A stretch of DNA of 64,000 nt, taken from Bugula neritina. Its lineage: Eukaryota > Animalia > Bryozoa. The stretch spans positions 15,545,875 through 15,609,874 of the forward strand of contig OZ037768.1 in assembly GCA_964035545.1 (NCBI GenBank), written 5' to 3'. The notes beneath the pieces were generated by a model that made no database searches, was not told the origin of the DNA, and saw only the letters and a list, made by a program, of their open reading frames with translations. Position numbers and translations under genes: made by a program. Positions 51,001 through 61,739 of the stretch are shown here, piece by piece (positions within the stretch are counted from its first letter, which is position 1; each line of letters opens with the position of its first letter).

Positions 51001-52780
51001 ATTATATTTCAGTCTCGTACACTTATTATATTAAAGTATTTTGCATTATATATCAGTGGATTGTGGTGTATTACAGTAGGTTACAGCATCTCACAAGATA
51101 AAACTGTGTAATACTGGATGTTAGAGTACATGACATTGTATTACAGGTTATTACAACATACTTCAGTATGTTACAATGTCTTGAGAAATACTACAGTGTC
51201 TTGCAACATGTTGCAGTGTCTTGCAACATGTTGCAGTGTCTTGCAAAATGTCGCAGTGTATTGCAATATATTACAGTGTACTACATTAACTTACAGTTTG
51301 TTGCATTGTAATACACTTTCTTACAAAATCTGACAGGTTTTTACAGTGTCTGAAAGTGTATGACAGTGTGTAACACTACATTTCCATATATCACAGTGTT
51401 TTACAATATATTTCAGTATATTGCATTGTCTTGCAATATATGACAGTATATTACTGTTTCCTACATTGTATCACGCTGCCTTGCCGTTTCTTTAAAAATG
51501 TTAAACGTTTTTACAGTGTTTGACAACGTATGACGTTTCATTACACTATATATAAAGATGCATTACAGTGTATTTCGTCATGTTTCAGTTTATTACAATG
51601 CATCACATTATATCTCATTTCAGTATATTTCAATGTATATTACAGTGCACTGCACTTTATTGCATTGTAGTGCAGTGTATTACAGCATGCCACGATATAA
51701 AACTCTGTATTACAGTATATCGTAGTGAATAACATTGCATTAAAATTTATTACAGTATGTTTCAGTTTATTACAGGCTATTACGTATAGTATATTACAGT
51801 GCATTACAATGCATTACCATGTTTTACAGTTTCATACAGCATAATAAAAGATATTATAGTGTCCGACAATGTATGACATTGCAGTACACTATATCACGGT
51901 GTATTACAGTGTTCTAATTATGTTTCAGTGTTTTACAAGATATTTCAGTATATTACATCAGTACACTGGTTTACAGTGCATTGAAATGTAATAATATTTC
52001 AGCATATCACAATATAAAGCTGTTTATTACATTATGCTTCAGTATATTACAATGCATACCATTGTATTACAATTTAATACAATATATCTAAGTATATTGT
52101 TGTGAATTTACGATTCACTATAATTAGTGAGTCTACTTATTTATTTAAGTTTATCACGAATTAAATAGAATTTATTTATTACAAATTATACAGAATAAAA
52201 GATACTAACACTGATGCACACCATTACATAACAGAGAGTGATTTATACACGACTTTACATGGCTAAGTTCCAATCCACTCTGCCGGCCAAGCTGTCTAAC
52301 AAGCTTCCACTATACATTGGCAGCTCTGCCTACTACTAATTGTTATCTACATCCCATTGGTTGTCACGATGGTGCCATCATAACGACATGATGCTGACTG
52401 AATCATGTATCGGTCCGGTATAGAGCTATCCTTTCGATATAAAAACTAACTAAGTGGGAACACAACACCAAACTCTTCACAATATTACAGAGTGTTACAG
52501 TGTGTTAGATTATCTTTCAGTATATTACAATGTACTACAGTATATTTCAGTCTACTACAATGTATTACAGTATATTAAGGTGTTTAGGATTATATTTCAG
52601 TGCATTGCAGTGTATTAAAGTATATTAGAGTTTATTACATTGTGTTACCGTGTTTTACAGTATGTATGATATAGCATTACACTTTATTGCGGTGTATTAC
52701 ATTGCATTGCACTATATTAAGGTGCATTGCAGTCTGCTATATTATGTTTCAGCATATTATAAGTAATTACAGTATATTTT
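48070..52780. repeat. Satellite C: old, degenerate 10/20-bp repeat (TATTACAGTG/TATTTCAGTA), opposite polarity to satellite B
   Basis: TTACAGT and TTTCAGT motifs are the reverse complements of ACTGTAA and ACTGAAA in satellite B; high divergence between units. Confidence 0.88.
52098..52481 (-). mobile_element. Solo LTR (Gypsy-type), related to 58296-58709
   Basis: TGTTGTGAA...TTCACA flanked by ATAT (terminal ACA apparently lost); shares colinear blocks GTGAATTT..ATTCACTAT, ATTACATAACA and CCTTTCGATAT with 58296-58709. Confidence 0.65.
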
Positions 52781-52946
52781 GGTTTATTCCCCAGAGGCGG
52801 CAGAGGTCGCTCAACAGTTGCGACTGGAATTGAGCCCCTTGGTCTGAATGTATCTGCTCGGGTAGTCCGCGGTAGCAGAATACATTTTGGTCTAGCACCC
52901 TGGCCACCGTCAGGGCAGACGCATCCGGAATAGCCAGAGCGTCTGC

Positions 52947-54050
52947 CTACCGGGTAAAGTAGTCGGTTAATACTAGAATCCAACTGATTCCTCTGGGGGT
53001 GAGAGGCATGGGTCCGACCAGGTCAACAGCTACCACTTGCCGTGGCCTTCCAGCATATAGCCTACGCCGTCCCGCTTCGCCAGGGAGACGGCCATGCTTG
53101 CTGGCCCGGCAGATTTTGCACTGTTTGACTCTGAGCCGTACGTCAAGCCACATGCCGGGCCAGTACCACTGGAGCTGTAATTTGGCGAGAACCCTTTTGA
53201 TCCCGGCGTGAGCCTGTTTGTGGGCGTCCCTTACTAACTCCCGGCGAACGGCGGTTGGGCAGATCACCCTCTCTCTCCCGTACTGGCTGTTGTAGGTGGC
53301 CACTGTTATGGTCAGCAGACCATCCGGCCCAATCTGCAGGGAGTCCCAACGTTGGCAGTACAGCCGTAACTCGGCGCATCCCTGCCGAAGTTGTTCTTCG
53401 CTGGGTCGTCGCCCCTCCTTCTTGGCCCGATACACATCAGCTACTACCCCTGGGAGGTCTTCTTGGAGTCTTCGTAGCTCTCTGACCTTATCAGTCAAGA
53501 CAGGATTGGCGCGGAGACTGGATAGTCTCCGGGGCGTATCTGCCTTCTGTAGGAGTTGACCCTGGTCCCAGTCATACTCCTTTCCAGGATGGTCCAGTGC
53601 TCTCAACTCGGATTTTGGGGGACCCCCGTCCCTCTTCTCGATGTTGAGGCACTGTTTACACCCCTCGTCCGGCCGCCGGCTCAGTCCGTCGGCATTGCCG
53701 TTTTCCTTACCGGGCCGATGTTCAATCAGGTAAGAGAACTCGGCCAGGACCTCGAGCCATCTGGCGACCTGGCTGGGCGGTTCCGCTCTCTTGCACAACC
53801 AAATCAAGGATGCGTGGTCGGTTCGCAAGCGGAACTTCCTGCCGTATAGATAAGGTCTAAAGTGTTTCACCGACTTGATTACTGCCAGCAGCTCCTTTCG
53901 GGTAATGCAGTAATTTTGTTCGATGGGTGAGAGAGACTTACTGTAGTAGACCACGACTACTTCGCGGCCGTTCTGCACTTGAGACAGCACAGCGCCGACG
54001 TTTGGTCACTGGCGTCGGTATTTAGGATATACTCCAGGGCAGGGTCTGGG
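52947..54050 (-). pseudogene. Gypsy RNase H plus integrase N-terminus (truncated in the core)
   Basis: TDAS, NYCITRKELLAV, RTDHASL, NADGLSR, H2C2 (AHKQAHAG..WYWPGM..CKIC), VAVDLVGP..TDYFTR, then a deletion. Confidence 0.9.
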
Positions 54051-55500
54051 TAAGCTAAGATGGGGGCCTCTAGTAGGCAGCCCTTGAGGCAGTCAAGCGC
54101 TCTCTGTTCGACGGAAGTCCACTGCCAGGTCACCCCCTTTGTGGTGAGCCGATTTAACGGCTGCGCTACCCCGCAAAGTCTGGTATGTATTGCCGGTAAT
54201 ACCCTATCAGCCCCAGGAACGCCCGTAGCCCGGTCAAATCCTGGGGGGTGACCCAATCTTCTATAGCTCGTACCTTTTCAGGATCCGTCGCCACACTGAA
54301 CGGCCGACGATGTGCCCCAGGGACTTCACCTCTGGCTGCAAAAGAGCGCACTTGGAGGGTTTGAGCTTCAGATTGGCACCTCTGAATTGTTCGAAAACCT
54401 CCCGCAGACGACTGAGGTGTGTCTGAAAGTCTGGGGAGATCACGATGACGTCATCCAGGTATACCAGCAGTGTCTTCCAGTGGAGTCCACTGAGGACCTG
54501 TTCCATGAGTCTCTGGAACGTGGCGGGGGCGGAAGTCAGTCCAAAGGCCGTCCTGCGTGATGAACGTCGCTTCCTCCTGGGCGTCGGGACTGAGGGGGAC
54601 CTGCCAGTAACCGCTCAACAAGTCTAGCGTACTGAAGTACTTGCTGCCGGCTAAGGCGTCCAGAGATTCATCGATCCTGGGTCAGGGGTAGGCGTCCTGT
54701 ATGGTCACGCTATTGTTGTATTCTTGAGTAGAAAGGATAATTTATGTAGATATTATACAATGTAGTATATTTGAATTCCAGAAAAATACAATTAGCTCAG
54801 AGAAAATTCACTGTTTATATACAAAAATATTACATAGCTTTTTAGTGATAGCCGGTCATAATACAAAATTATAATAGATGCTTCATGGCTATATAGCTAT
54901 ATGGCTTTATGGTATGATATAATTCTCATAGTCAGGGCTGTAGCAGCATCCGTTGCATATGTAACAGCTATTTAGTTTGCGATAATCCACACAGAACCGC
55001 CAACTGCCGTCTTTCTTTTGGACCAGGACGACCGGCGAGCTCCACGCACTATGTGCTGGCTCTATGAAGCTGCAGTTTAAAAGATCCCGGACTTGTTGGC
55101 TGACCTACTTTTCCTTCTCGGGTCCCAGCCTTTGAGTGGGCTGTCGCATAGGGGCAGTCCCTGCAGTCAGCGGTATCTCATGACGGACGGCCGTGGTCAG
55201 GCCGACGTCATGGTCCCCGCTGCTGAACACGTCGCTATAGTCACGTAGCAACTGAGCCATAGCCTGGCGCTCTCCGTTGCCCGCACAGCCATCACACGCT
55301 GCCTGGTATAGCTCTTGGACGTGTTGTGGGACGGTCCCCCGCCTAACTGACAGGCTCTGTTGAGGACCTTCCGTCGCAGCTCCCAGCGACGGCCCTAAAT
55401 CCTCCTCCTGGGTGGAGTGGAAACGGCCCAGTATGGATCCTGACGGTAATTGTACCGCTTCGGAGAAAGGGTTGACACACTGCACCAAGATCTCTCCTCG
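54051..55500 (-). pseudogene. Gypsy reverse transcriptase, disrupted
   Basis: LVYLDDVIV and KLKPSKC; CVDYRKLN|SVTIQDA split by an insertion; the WKWKVLPF segment is deleted near 54548. Confidence 0.9.
54714..54966. mobile_element. 253-bp solo LTR nested in the Gypsy RT (5-bp TSD, Copia- or BEL-type)
   Basis: TGTTG...TAACA termini; TSD GCTAT at 54709-54713 and 54967-54971; removal restores the RT codons. Confidence 0.85.
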
Positions 55501-55653
55501 GTCAGTCAGCCTGTTAAGACTGCTGGCGAGTTAGATTCTCGTGTGCACACCTTCGACAACCCCTAACCCCGAAAGTTGGCTATCATTCACTCTACAGTGA
55601 ACGGTAGCCCGGGAGCGGCCGAGTATGGTACAGTTCTGTACTATCTGCACGCC

Positions 55654-56199
55654 TCACACTAGGGGACGACCAAACTTGTCGACACAGGCTAGTTCCTTGC
55701 CGACCATCAGCATGGCTGACTTGCTAAAGTCAATGCGGCAACCGTGTCTCTTCAAGAACAGCATCCCCAGTATAGCATTCTCTTCGAGTTGGCTGATGAC
55801 GAAGGTTTCCTGGATAGCCTGGTCAGGGACGCAACCAGTCAGCTCTATAATACCGTAGAATGGAATCCATGACCCGTCAGCTAGGGTGCCTGGTTCCCCG
55901 GTATAGGGAGCTAAGGCTCTCCTCTCCCTAGAGGGGAGGGTGTCGAAGACCCGACAGCTGAGGAGATTAGTGGTACACCCGGAGTCTAGCAGAAAAGTGA
56001 CAGCTTTGCCAGCCACCTTCCCTGGCAAGAAGTAGCTATCTCCGTGAGGCTGTACCCGTACTCCCCCAGCGTGCTCGGTCTCGGCCGAACGGGGCTGTGC
56101 CCGTTTGTTCTGCAGTTTGCGGGGCCGGCGAGAGTTTCCTTGCAGAGGGGTGTATTGATCCCCTCCGATGCCCGTAAGGGCTTCGCTGGTTGGCTCCAT
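55654..56199 (-). pseudogene. Gypsy aspartic protease region
   Basis: FLLDSGCTTN motif and AILGMLFL (from ILGM.FL). Confidence 0.88.
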
Positions 56200-56308
56200 T
56201 TCTGGTAGCGGACCAAAGCGGTTAGTGAGAGGCAGAGAGAAGGGTTCTTGTGGTCGTCCTGGCTGGCTGGTTTCGACGAGGTGTTTGCCACTGGCGGGGG
56301 GCGTACCG

Positions 56309-57231
56309 CTAGGTCCGTACGGACTCCTGGCAGTATCTACCCCATTTCCTTCTCTGTTTTGGCCCGCGGAGCTCTAGGGGCTCCCGGGGATTGTGGGGTT
56401 TCTGCTGCTTCCTAGGTCGTGGGCAGCTCGAGCGGCGGTGTCCCCTGGTGCCGCATCCCCAGCGACGTATAGCTGGTCTGGGGGTTTTTACTGTTGGTCT
56501 CTTGTACTTCCTGGGGTTGCTGTATGTTATGGTTGCCACCAACTGTCCCAGCTTAGTCATCAAGCGGTCGACCTCTGTCTCCAAGGAGAGGCTAGCGGTA
56601 GCGGCAGCTATTCGAACCGGATGGTCTGGTTTTCTAATGGTCTGCGGGGTAGTTTCTACCGTTCTGTAGAGTTGCTCGGCTCCTAGATAAGCCTCGCTTT
56701 CCTGGATTGCAGCCTCTATCGTGGTCACTCCCTTCGCTTGTAACTGGTAGTGGAAATTCAAGTTGTTGAGGGATTGTACAAAAGCCTCGAATGTATAGCG
56801 CCGTCTGTGTGTTTCTGGCAGGTCGCTATACGCGATCTGTGCCAGTCTCTTCACCAGAGTACCGTGGCGTAGCGTAGCGGGAGCGGTGTACGTGTTTTGC
56901 GGAGCAGTCCGTGCAAATGGGCTTTGGCGTCGGCAACAGGTACGCTAAAACGGGCCCGTAGCGCAGCAATGATCCCGTCTACGCTAGGTCTTCGCTCGTA
57001 CGGCTTGGCTTGTTCCGTCAGTGCCATTCGTAGCTTTATCAGGGCTACTGTCGGCGGCCATCTTGTAATGGCTGCAACTTCACGGAATTCCCGAATAAAT
57101 TGTTCAACATCTTCAAGGCCCGTGAAGACGGGAGCCTCTAATGTATTCTTATATGCCTCCTCTTCGGCCTCGGAAGAGTTTATGATAAAGTCTCGCCCAC
57201 CTTCTTCAGTTGAAGCTACACTTTCGGCCAT
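56309..57231 (-). pseudogene. Gypsy gag, frameshifted at ~56852
   Basis: FTGLEDVEQFIREF..., RLAQIAY..., degenerate knuckle RWGCGTRGHRRSSC; homologous to the gag at 60282-61196. Confidence 0.88.
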
Positions 57232-57273
57232 GATGTTCTAATATTTTTCCTTCGTCTCCATACAGTAGCTAGT

Positions 57274-57291
57274 ATCCCACTGCTGCCACCA
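57274..57291 (-). promoter_or_regulatory. tRNA-Leu primer-binding site
   Basis: Minus strand reads TGGTGGCAGCAGTGGGAT, 1 nt after the LTR end TTACTACA. Confidence 0.85.
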
Positions 57292-57292
57292 C

Positions 57293-57557
57293 TGTAGTAA
57301 TTTGTGCAATTACTGTGCGTGTAATTATGATTTGTGTATCCACATCAGTATAGTAGAGCTTTTAATAAGATTAGAAGAGATTTATTTATAACTATATACA
57401 AATAAAAGGATATAATAAAGCAGACGGATTAAAACACTACATCCTTCTTATTCTAGTACACTCTCTCTACTACTTTATACATCGCTGGGGGTTATCACAT
57501 GACGCACTTCTCATTGGCTAAGGAAAGTGTGGACGCGCGTATTACGTACTCACTACA
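57293..57557 (-). repeat. 5' LTR of the minus-strand Gypsy (outer boundary uncertain, may extend to 58200)
   Basis: TGTAGT...ACTACA inverted termini adjacent to the PBS; no partner LTR to confirm. Confidence 0.55.
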
Positions 57558-57882
57558 ATATGACTACTGTTTTAACAGGGATTACCTGTCAAATACAGTA
57601 TCAACTGGAGACAACAAGAAAAGATTATCCTCTTGCTGCCACAACCTGCCTTTACTTATTGCAGCCTACAGTATAAAACTGGCTATGACTGGGATAAGCA
57701 GTTATAGGCCAGGCAACAGCAAGAATTAATAAATAATTAATTACTTGCAACCAATAGCTACACTGGGATCAACAGTGTAAATTATTGTCAACCTTAGACT
57801 AATTATAATAGCGATGAACCATTATAATTAGACAACCTCCTAGTAGACTGAATATTACTGCAGTTGGATTGTATTGCTGTGT

Positions 57883-58200
57883 TGTTAGTTATCACAATCA
57901 ATTTACGATTACTTGTTATTATTATATAAAACAGAACTTACTTTGATATGTTTATGAGTATTTTATTATGTAATTTAAAACGCGACCAGACCAGGCTAAA
58001 CTAACTCAAACTAGAAACTAACCAAATTCCCGCCGTACGCAGGCTGGAAGTTGACCTTTGCGCAGTTAGCCTCGTAACAAAATAATAAATCTATACTGTA
58101 AAAATCAAAGGGACAGCAAATATTATCTAATCTAAATTTTAAATTTATGCAAAAAACTATAACAGGTAACTAAATTACATGGGAGGACAAATCCATTACA
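57883..58200 (-). mobile_element. Probable LTR fragment or solo LTR
   Basis: Non-satellite sequence ending AAATCCATTACA, the same terminus as the TSD-confirmed LTR at 58709; no TSD found. Confidence 0.4.
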
Positions 58201-59805
58201 ACTAGACTAAAATATACTGTGATGCATTGTAATACAGTGAAACTTAATGAAACACACTGTAATGAATCCTAATATAGTGTAATGCAATGTCATACTGTAG
58301 TGAATTTCTCAATTCACTATATTATGTGGGTCGACTTATACAAAGCTACTACACCAGGTTATTTACGTTATAACAAGTTTATTATTTACAAGTTACAAGA
58401 ATTGAATTACTACTAACATGAACTGTACAATTACATAACACTGAGCATTTTGCACACAACTACTGTAAGCTAAGTCCCAAGCTGTTCTGCCCGGCTAGCT
58501 ACTTAGCGTGTTTCCACTACGCGTAGCTAGCTCCACCTGCTCTCAATTAACAGTCTTTCCTGATTGGCTGGTATTAGTGTTGCCACTGTCAACCACAAGA
58601 TGTACGTTGGCTGGGAGTCGATGTAGTCGACCTCCACAATAAGATAACATAGAGTCGACCCTTTCGATATATAAACAAATTACTAGTTGCACTACTGAAA
58701 TCCATTACAATACATTGTCAGATAGTGTAAAACCCTTTGGTGTTCTAGAAGAAACTGTAAGACAGGGTAATACAATGTAGTAATCTGTAATATAGTGTGA
58801 TATATTGCAAGACAGCGCAATATACTGAAATTTATTGTAAAACACTGTGGTATATTGAAATTTAGTGTTACATTGTCAAACACTTCAATGTTCTATATTA
58901 TTCTGTAAAATAAACATATAAAACATTGTAGTTCAAGTTAATAAACTGTAATATATTGTAATGCACTGCAATATACTGTAAGACACTCTAATATACTGAA
59001 AGATACTGTAATAACCCTTACTACAATACCATACGCTGTAATATACTGTAGTGCATGGATTTATATTGTGACATGCTGTAACCTATTGTAATACACTGCA
59101 ACGCACTGAAACATAATACAAAACACTTTACTATACTTCAATACAGTGTAATATAGACTGCAATGTGCCATGATGCATGGTAATAAACTGAAACATAATC
59201 AAACACACTGTAATACATCGTAATATAGTGCAATGGAATGTCATACATTGTCAGACACTGCAAAAACCTTGAATTTTCTAAAAAATAAGCTATGTTGATA
59301 CAATGAAATAAATTGTAATATTCTGTAATACACTGTAACACACTGTAGTAATATTACCTGTAGTGTATTACAGTGTATTAGAGAATATTACAGTTCAATA
59401 CATTGTATTACAATGTCTTACATTTATTATATTGCAAGACACTGTAATAAATTGCAAGACACTGTAATATACTGAAATATTTTGCTAAACACCGTGATAT
59501 ATTGAAGCGTAGTAATATACAATGTCATGCGCTTTCAGATGTCGTTAATAACCTGCAAAATTCTGTAAGAAACTGTAAAGCATTGTAATACAATGCAATA
59601 AACTGTAATATACTGTAATACACTGTAATATATTGTAAGGCACTGCAATACTTGTGCATTAAGACACTGTAATAGAGTGAAATATATTGTAAAACTTTGC
59701 AATATATTTAAATGTCAAATTATACAATAGCATACATTTTCAAACACTGTAATAACCTGTGATCTTCTGTAAGAAAGTCTATGACACAGTGATACAATGT
59801 AATAC
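58201..59805. repeat. Satellite C in the reverse polarity (CACTGTAATA)
   Basis: Reverse complement of the motifs at 48070-52780. Confidence 0.85.
58296..58709 (-). mobile_element. Solo LTR (414 bp) with 4-bp TSD
   Basis: TGTAGTG...CATTACA; TSD ATAC (58292-58295, 58710-58713); removal restores satellite TGTCATACATTGTCAG. Confidence 0.85.
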
Positions 59806-60231
59806 TGTAATGGATTTTGCATGTACTTGTTTCCGGTTGCCGAGATCGGCGTTTCGGCTTTCCGAAATGCCGAAATACCGAAAATCGGCGTTTCGGGCTA
59901 CCGAAAACCCGAAGTGCCGAAATTCGGTGTTTTGGACTGCCGAAATGCCGAAACGCCGAAATTTGGCGTTTCGGATGCCCGAAATGCCGAAGTTCGGCGT
60001 TTCGGGCCTCCGATCTCGGCAACAATGACAAAGCACTGTATCTTGTTGTATATAAAAGCCAGCGAGCTCCAGTGTAGTTCAGTCTACTACTGGAGCTCAC
60101 TGGCAGAGGACCTTCAATATATTATATCATTCGATTAAATAAAGATTTCTTCACCTTTACAATACATCTTGTTCTCTCTAACAAAGAGTATGTTCTGGCA
60201 CTAGTTCTATTCAACCCACAAAAATATCACA
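59806..60231 (+). repeat. 5' LTR of plus-strand Gypsy element A
   Basis: TGTAAT...ATCACA; TATATAAAA near 60049; AATAAA near 60138; followed by a PBS. Confidence 0.75.
59836..60023. repeat. GC-rich palindromic CCGAAA/TTTCGG array bounded by a 14-bp inverted repeat inside the LTR U3
   Basis: GTTGCCGAGATCGG ... CCGATCTCGGCAAC enclosing several TCGGCGTTTCGG..CCGAAATGCCGAA units. Confidence 0.85.
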
Positions 60232-60232
60232 T

Positions 60233-60250
60233 TGGTGGCAGCGGTGGGAT
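60233..60250 (+). promoter_or_regulatory. tRNA-Leu primer-binding site
   Basis: TGGTGGCAGCGGTGGGAT, 1 nt after the LTR CA. Confidence 0.9.
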
Positions 60251-60281
60251 TTCGAATAACTAGTTGCCAAAGGGGAATGAG

Positions 60282-61196
60282 ATGGCTCCGCCAGGGGAAA
60301 CAGCCCCTGGGGCAACGGAGACGGAGACACCAACCCTCACGGTAGAGGCTTTGGTTGCAGCCCTCCAGGGATTGCGGGAGCCAAGTCAGGCGCCACCTGG
60401 TGACAGGTACCGCCTCAAGCTCCCGAATTTTGGAGGGGAGGAGGATGTGGAGCAGTTCATCCGCGAGTTCGAAGATGTGGCCACCATCGCTGAATGGCCA
60501 GCCCCGGTGCGCATACTTCAACTCCGGTTCTGTTTGACAGGCCAGGCGAAGAGCTTTGCTCTTGGGCCTGATGAAGCCCACATCCTGCGGGCCCTCAGGG
60601 CCCGATTCTGCCGGACAGCCGAAGAGGCTGTGGATCGGCTACAGGCACTGAGGCGAAACCGCAAGACGACGTTAGAAGAGCATGCCAACACAGTGGAACG
60701 GTTGGCCCAGGCTGCTTACAGCCACGCCACAGGTACAGAAAGGAAGCGCCTGGTGTACAACGCATTCTTTAAAAGCGTCAACGACTCTGGCCTGCAGCGC
60801 TACTGGCTGGCCGCCAAAGTTCGCACCTTGGAAGAAGCCTTGGAGATGAGCAAGTCATATTTCCAGGTGGAAGGGCTCCAAGAGAGGAGCTTCACCGCAC
60901 ACCAGGTAGTCGAGGGGAACCCAGAGGACACCACACCCGTAACTCCACAAGTGTCAGCAGCGACGACTCCGTCGCCAGAACAGGCGCAGCTCGCCGTGTT
61001 AGTAGACATGATGAAGGGTCTACAGGCTACGGTAACCGAACTACAACGAAACCAGGCGGATAGGCGGGCTCCCCGGATACAGGACGACCCTGTCCGCCCC
61101 TCGCAGCTTACTTGCTGGAGATGTGGAGCGTCTGGGCATGTGAAGAGACATTGCCCCAAGGGTAGTTTGCCTTTAAACAACCGAGGCTCACGGTAA
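60282..61196 (+). CDS. Gypsy Gag (open frame), element A
   Basis: LKLPNFGGEEDVEQFIREF and CCHC knuckle CWRCGASGHVKRHC; ATG of MAPP at 60282 is the likely start. Confidence 0.9.
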   Translation: MAPPGETAPGATETETPTLTVEALVAALQGLREPSQAPPGDRYRLKLPNFGGEEDVEQFIREFEDVATIAEWPAPVRILQLRFCLTGQAKSFALGPDEAHILRALRARFCRTAEEAVDRLQALRRNRKTTLEEHANTVERLAQAAYSHATGTERKRLVYNAFFKSVNDSGLQRYWLAAKVRTLEEALEMSKSYFQVEGLQERSFTAHQVVEGNPEDTTPVTPQVSAATTPSPEQAQLAVLVDMMKGLQATVTELQRNQADRRAPRIQDDPVRPSQLTCWRCGASGHVKRHCPKGSLPLNNRGSR

Positions 61197-61240
61197 CTTC
61201 CACCGACCGTGGGCCCCCAGCCAACCCCATCCGGCGGAGG
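61172..61240 (+). promoter_or_regulatory. -1 ribosomal frameshift signal (slippery site plus H-type pseudoknot)
   Basis: T TTA AAC in the gag frame; 6-nt spacer; stem 61185-61194/61206-61215; loop pairs with 61232-61240; the -1 frame is open into the protease ORF. Confidence 0.85.
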
Positions 61241-61729
61241 GGTCAGGGAATGACCAAGAAGACCCCTACAGTATCTGACGAGATGGGATGGCAGACACCT
61301 CGGAGATCTCGGAAACCAAAAGGTTTACCCGATCCTCCGGTCATGCCACTCAACACCCGGATGGAGTCAGAAGACGCAGGATGGCAGGCACCTCGGAGAT
61401 CTCGGAGACCGCAAGGTCTACCCGATCCTCCGGCCTGGCCACTCCAGAACCGGTTCGCGGGGTTACCCGAGGAAGTCGTAGAGGAGGACTCAGCTTACTC
61501 GCAAGAGTACCCCAAGCTGCCCTCCCGACCGCAGAAAACCCCCGTTGTTTCTAAGACAATGAGGAGGCCCGCTGTGCGGACCCAAGTTGTGTCTCCCCCA
61601 GAGACTAACCGCTCCAGGAGCACCCAACCGTATGGAAGCAGCTACTTCCTACCCGGAAAAATTTCGGGTAAAGCTGCCACATTCCTACTGGACACTGGGT
61701 GCACTACAAACCTGCTGAGTAGGCTGTAA
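61172..61729 (+). pseudogene. Pol N-terminus and protease of element A, truncated just after the active site
   Basis: SYFLPGKI..FLLDTGCTTNLLSRL then stop at a junction; 93-bp internal duplication (GWQTPRRS/GWQAPRRS). Confidence 0.85.
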
Positions 61730-61739
61730 CATATTATAG

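Larger units (their letters stand above)
52781..57557 (-). mobile_element. Decayed Gypsy/Ty3 LTR retrotransposon (5' LTR, PBS, gag, pol; 3' part deleted)
   Basis: PR-RT-RH-IN order, tRNA-Leu PBS, many frameshifts, stops and deletions; no 3' LTR found. Confidence 0.92.

Noticed and set aside
52098-58709. The two related LTRs as the paired ends of the minus-strand Gypsy
   Set aside because: Each is embedded in satellite with its own TSD, they are strongly diverged, and neither abuts the PBS.
59720-60138. Overlapping Arg/Phe-rich ORFs on both strands
   Set aside because: By-product of the palindromic CCGAAA/TTTCGG array.
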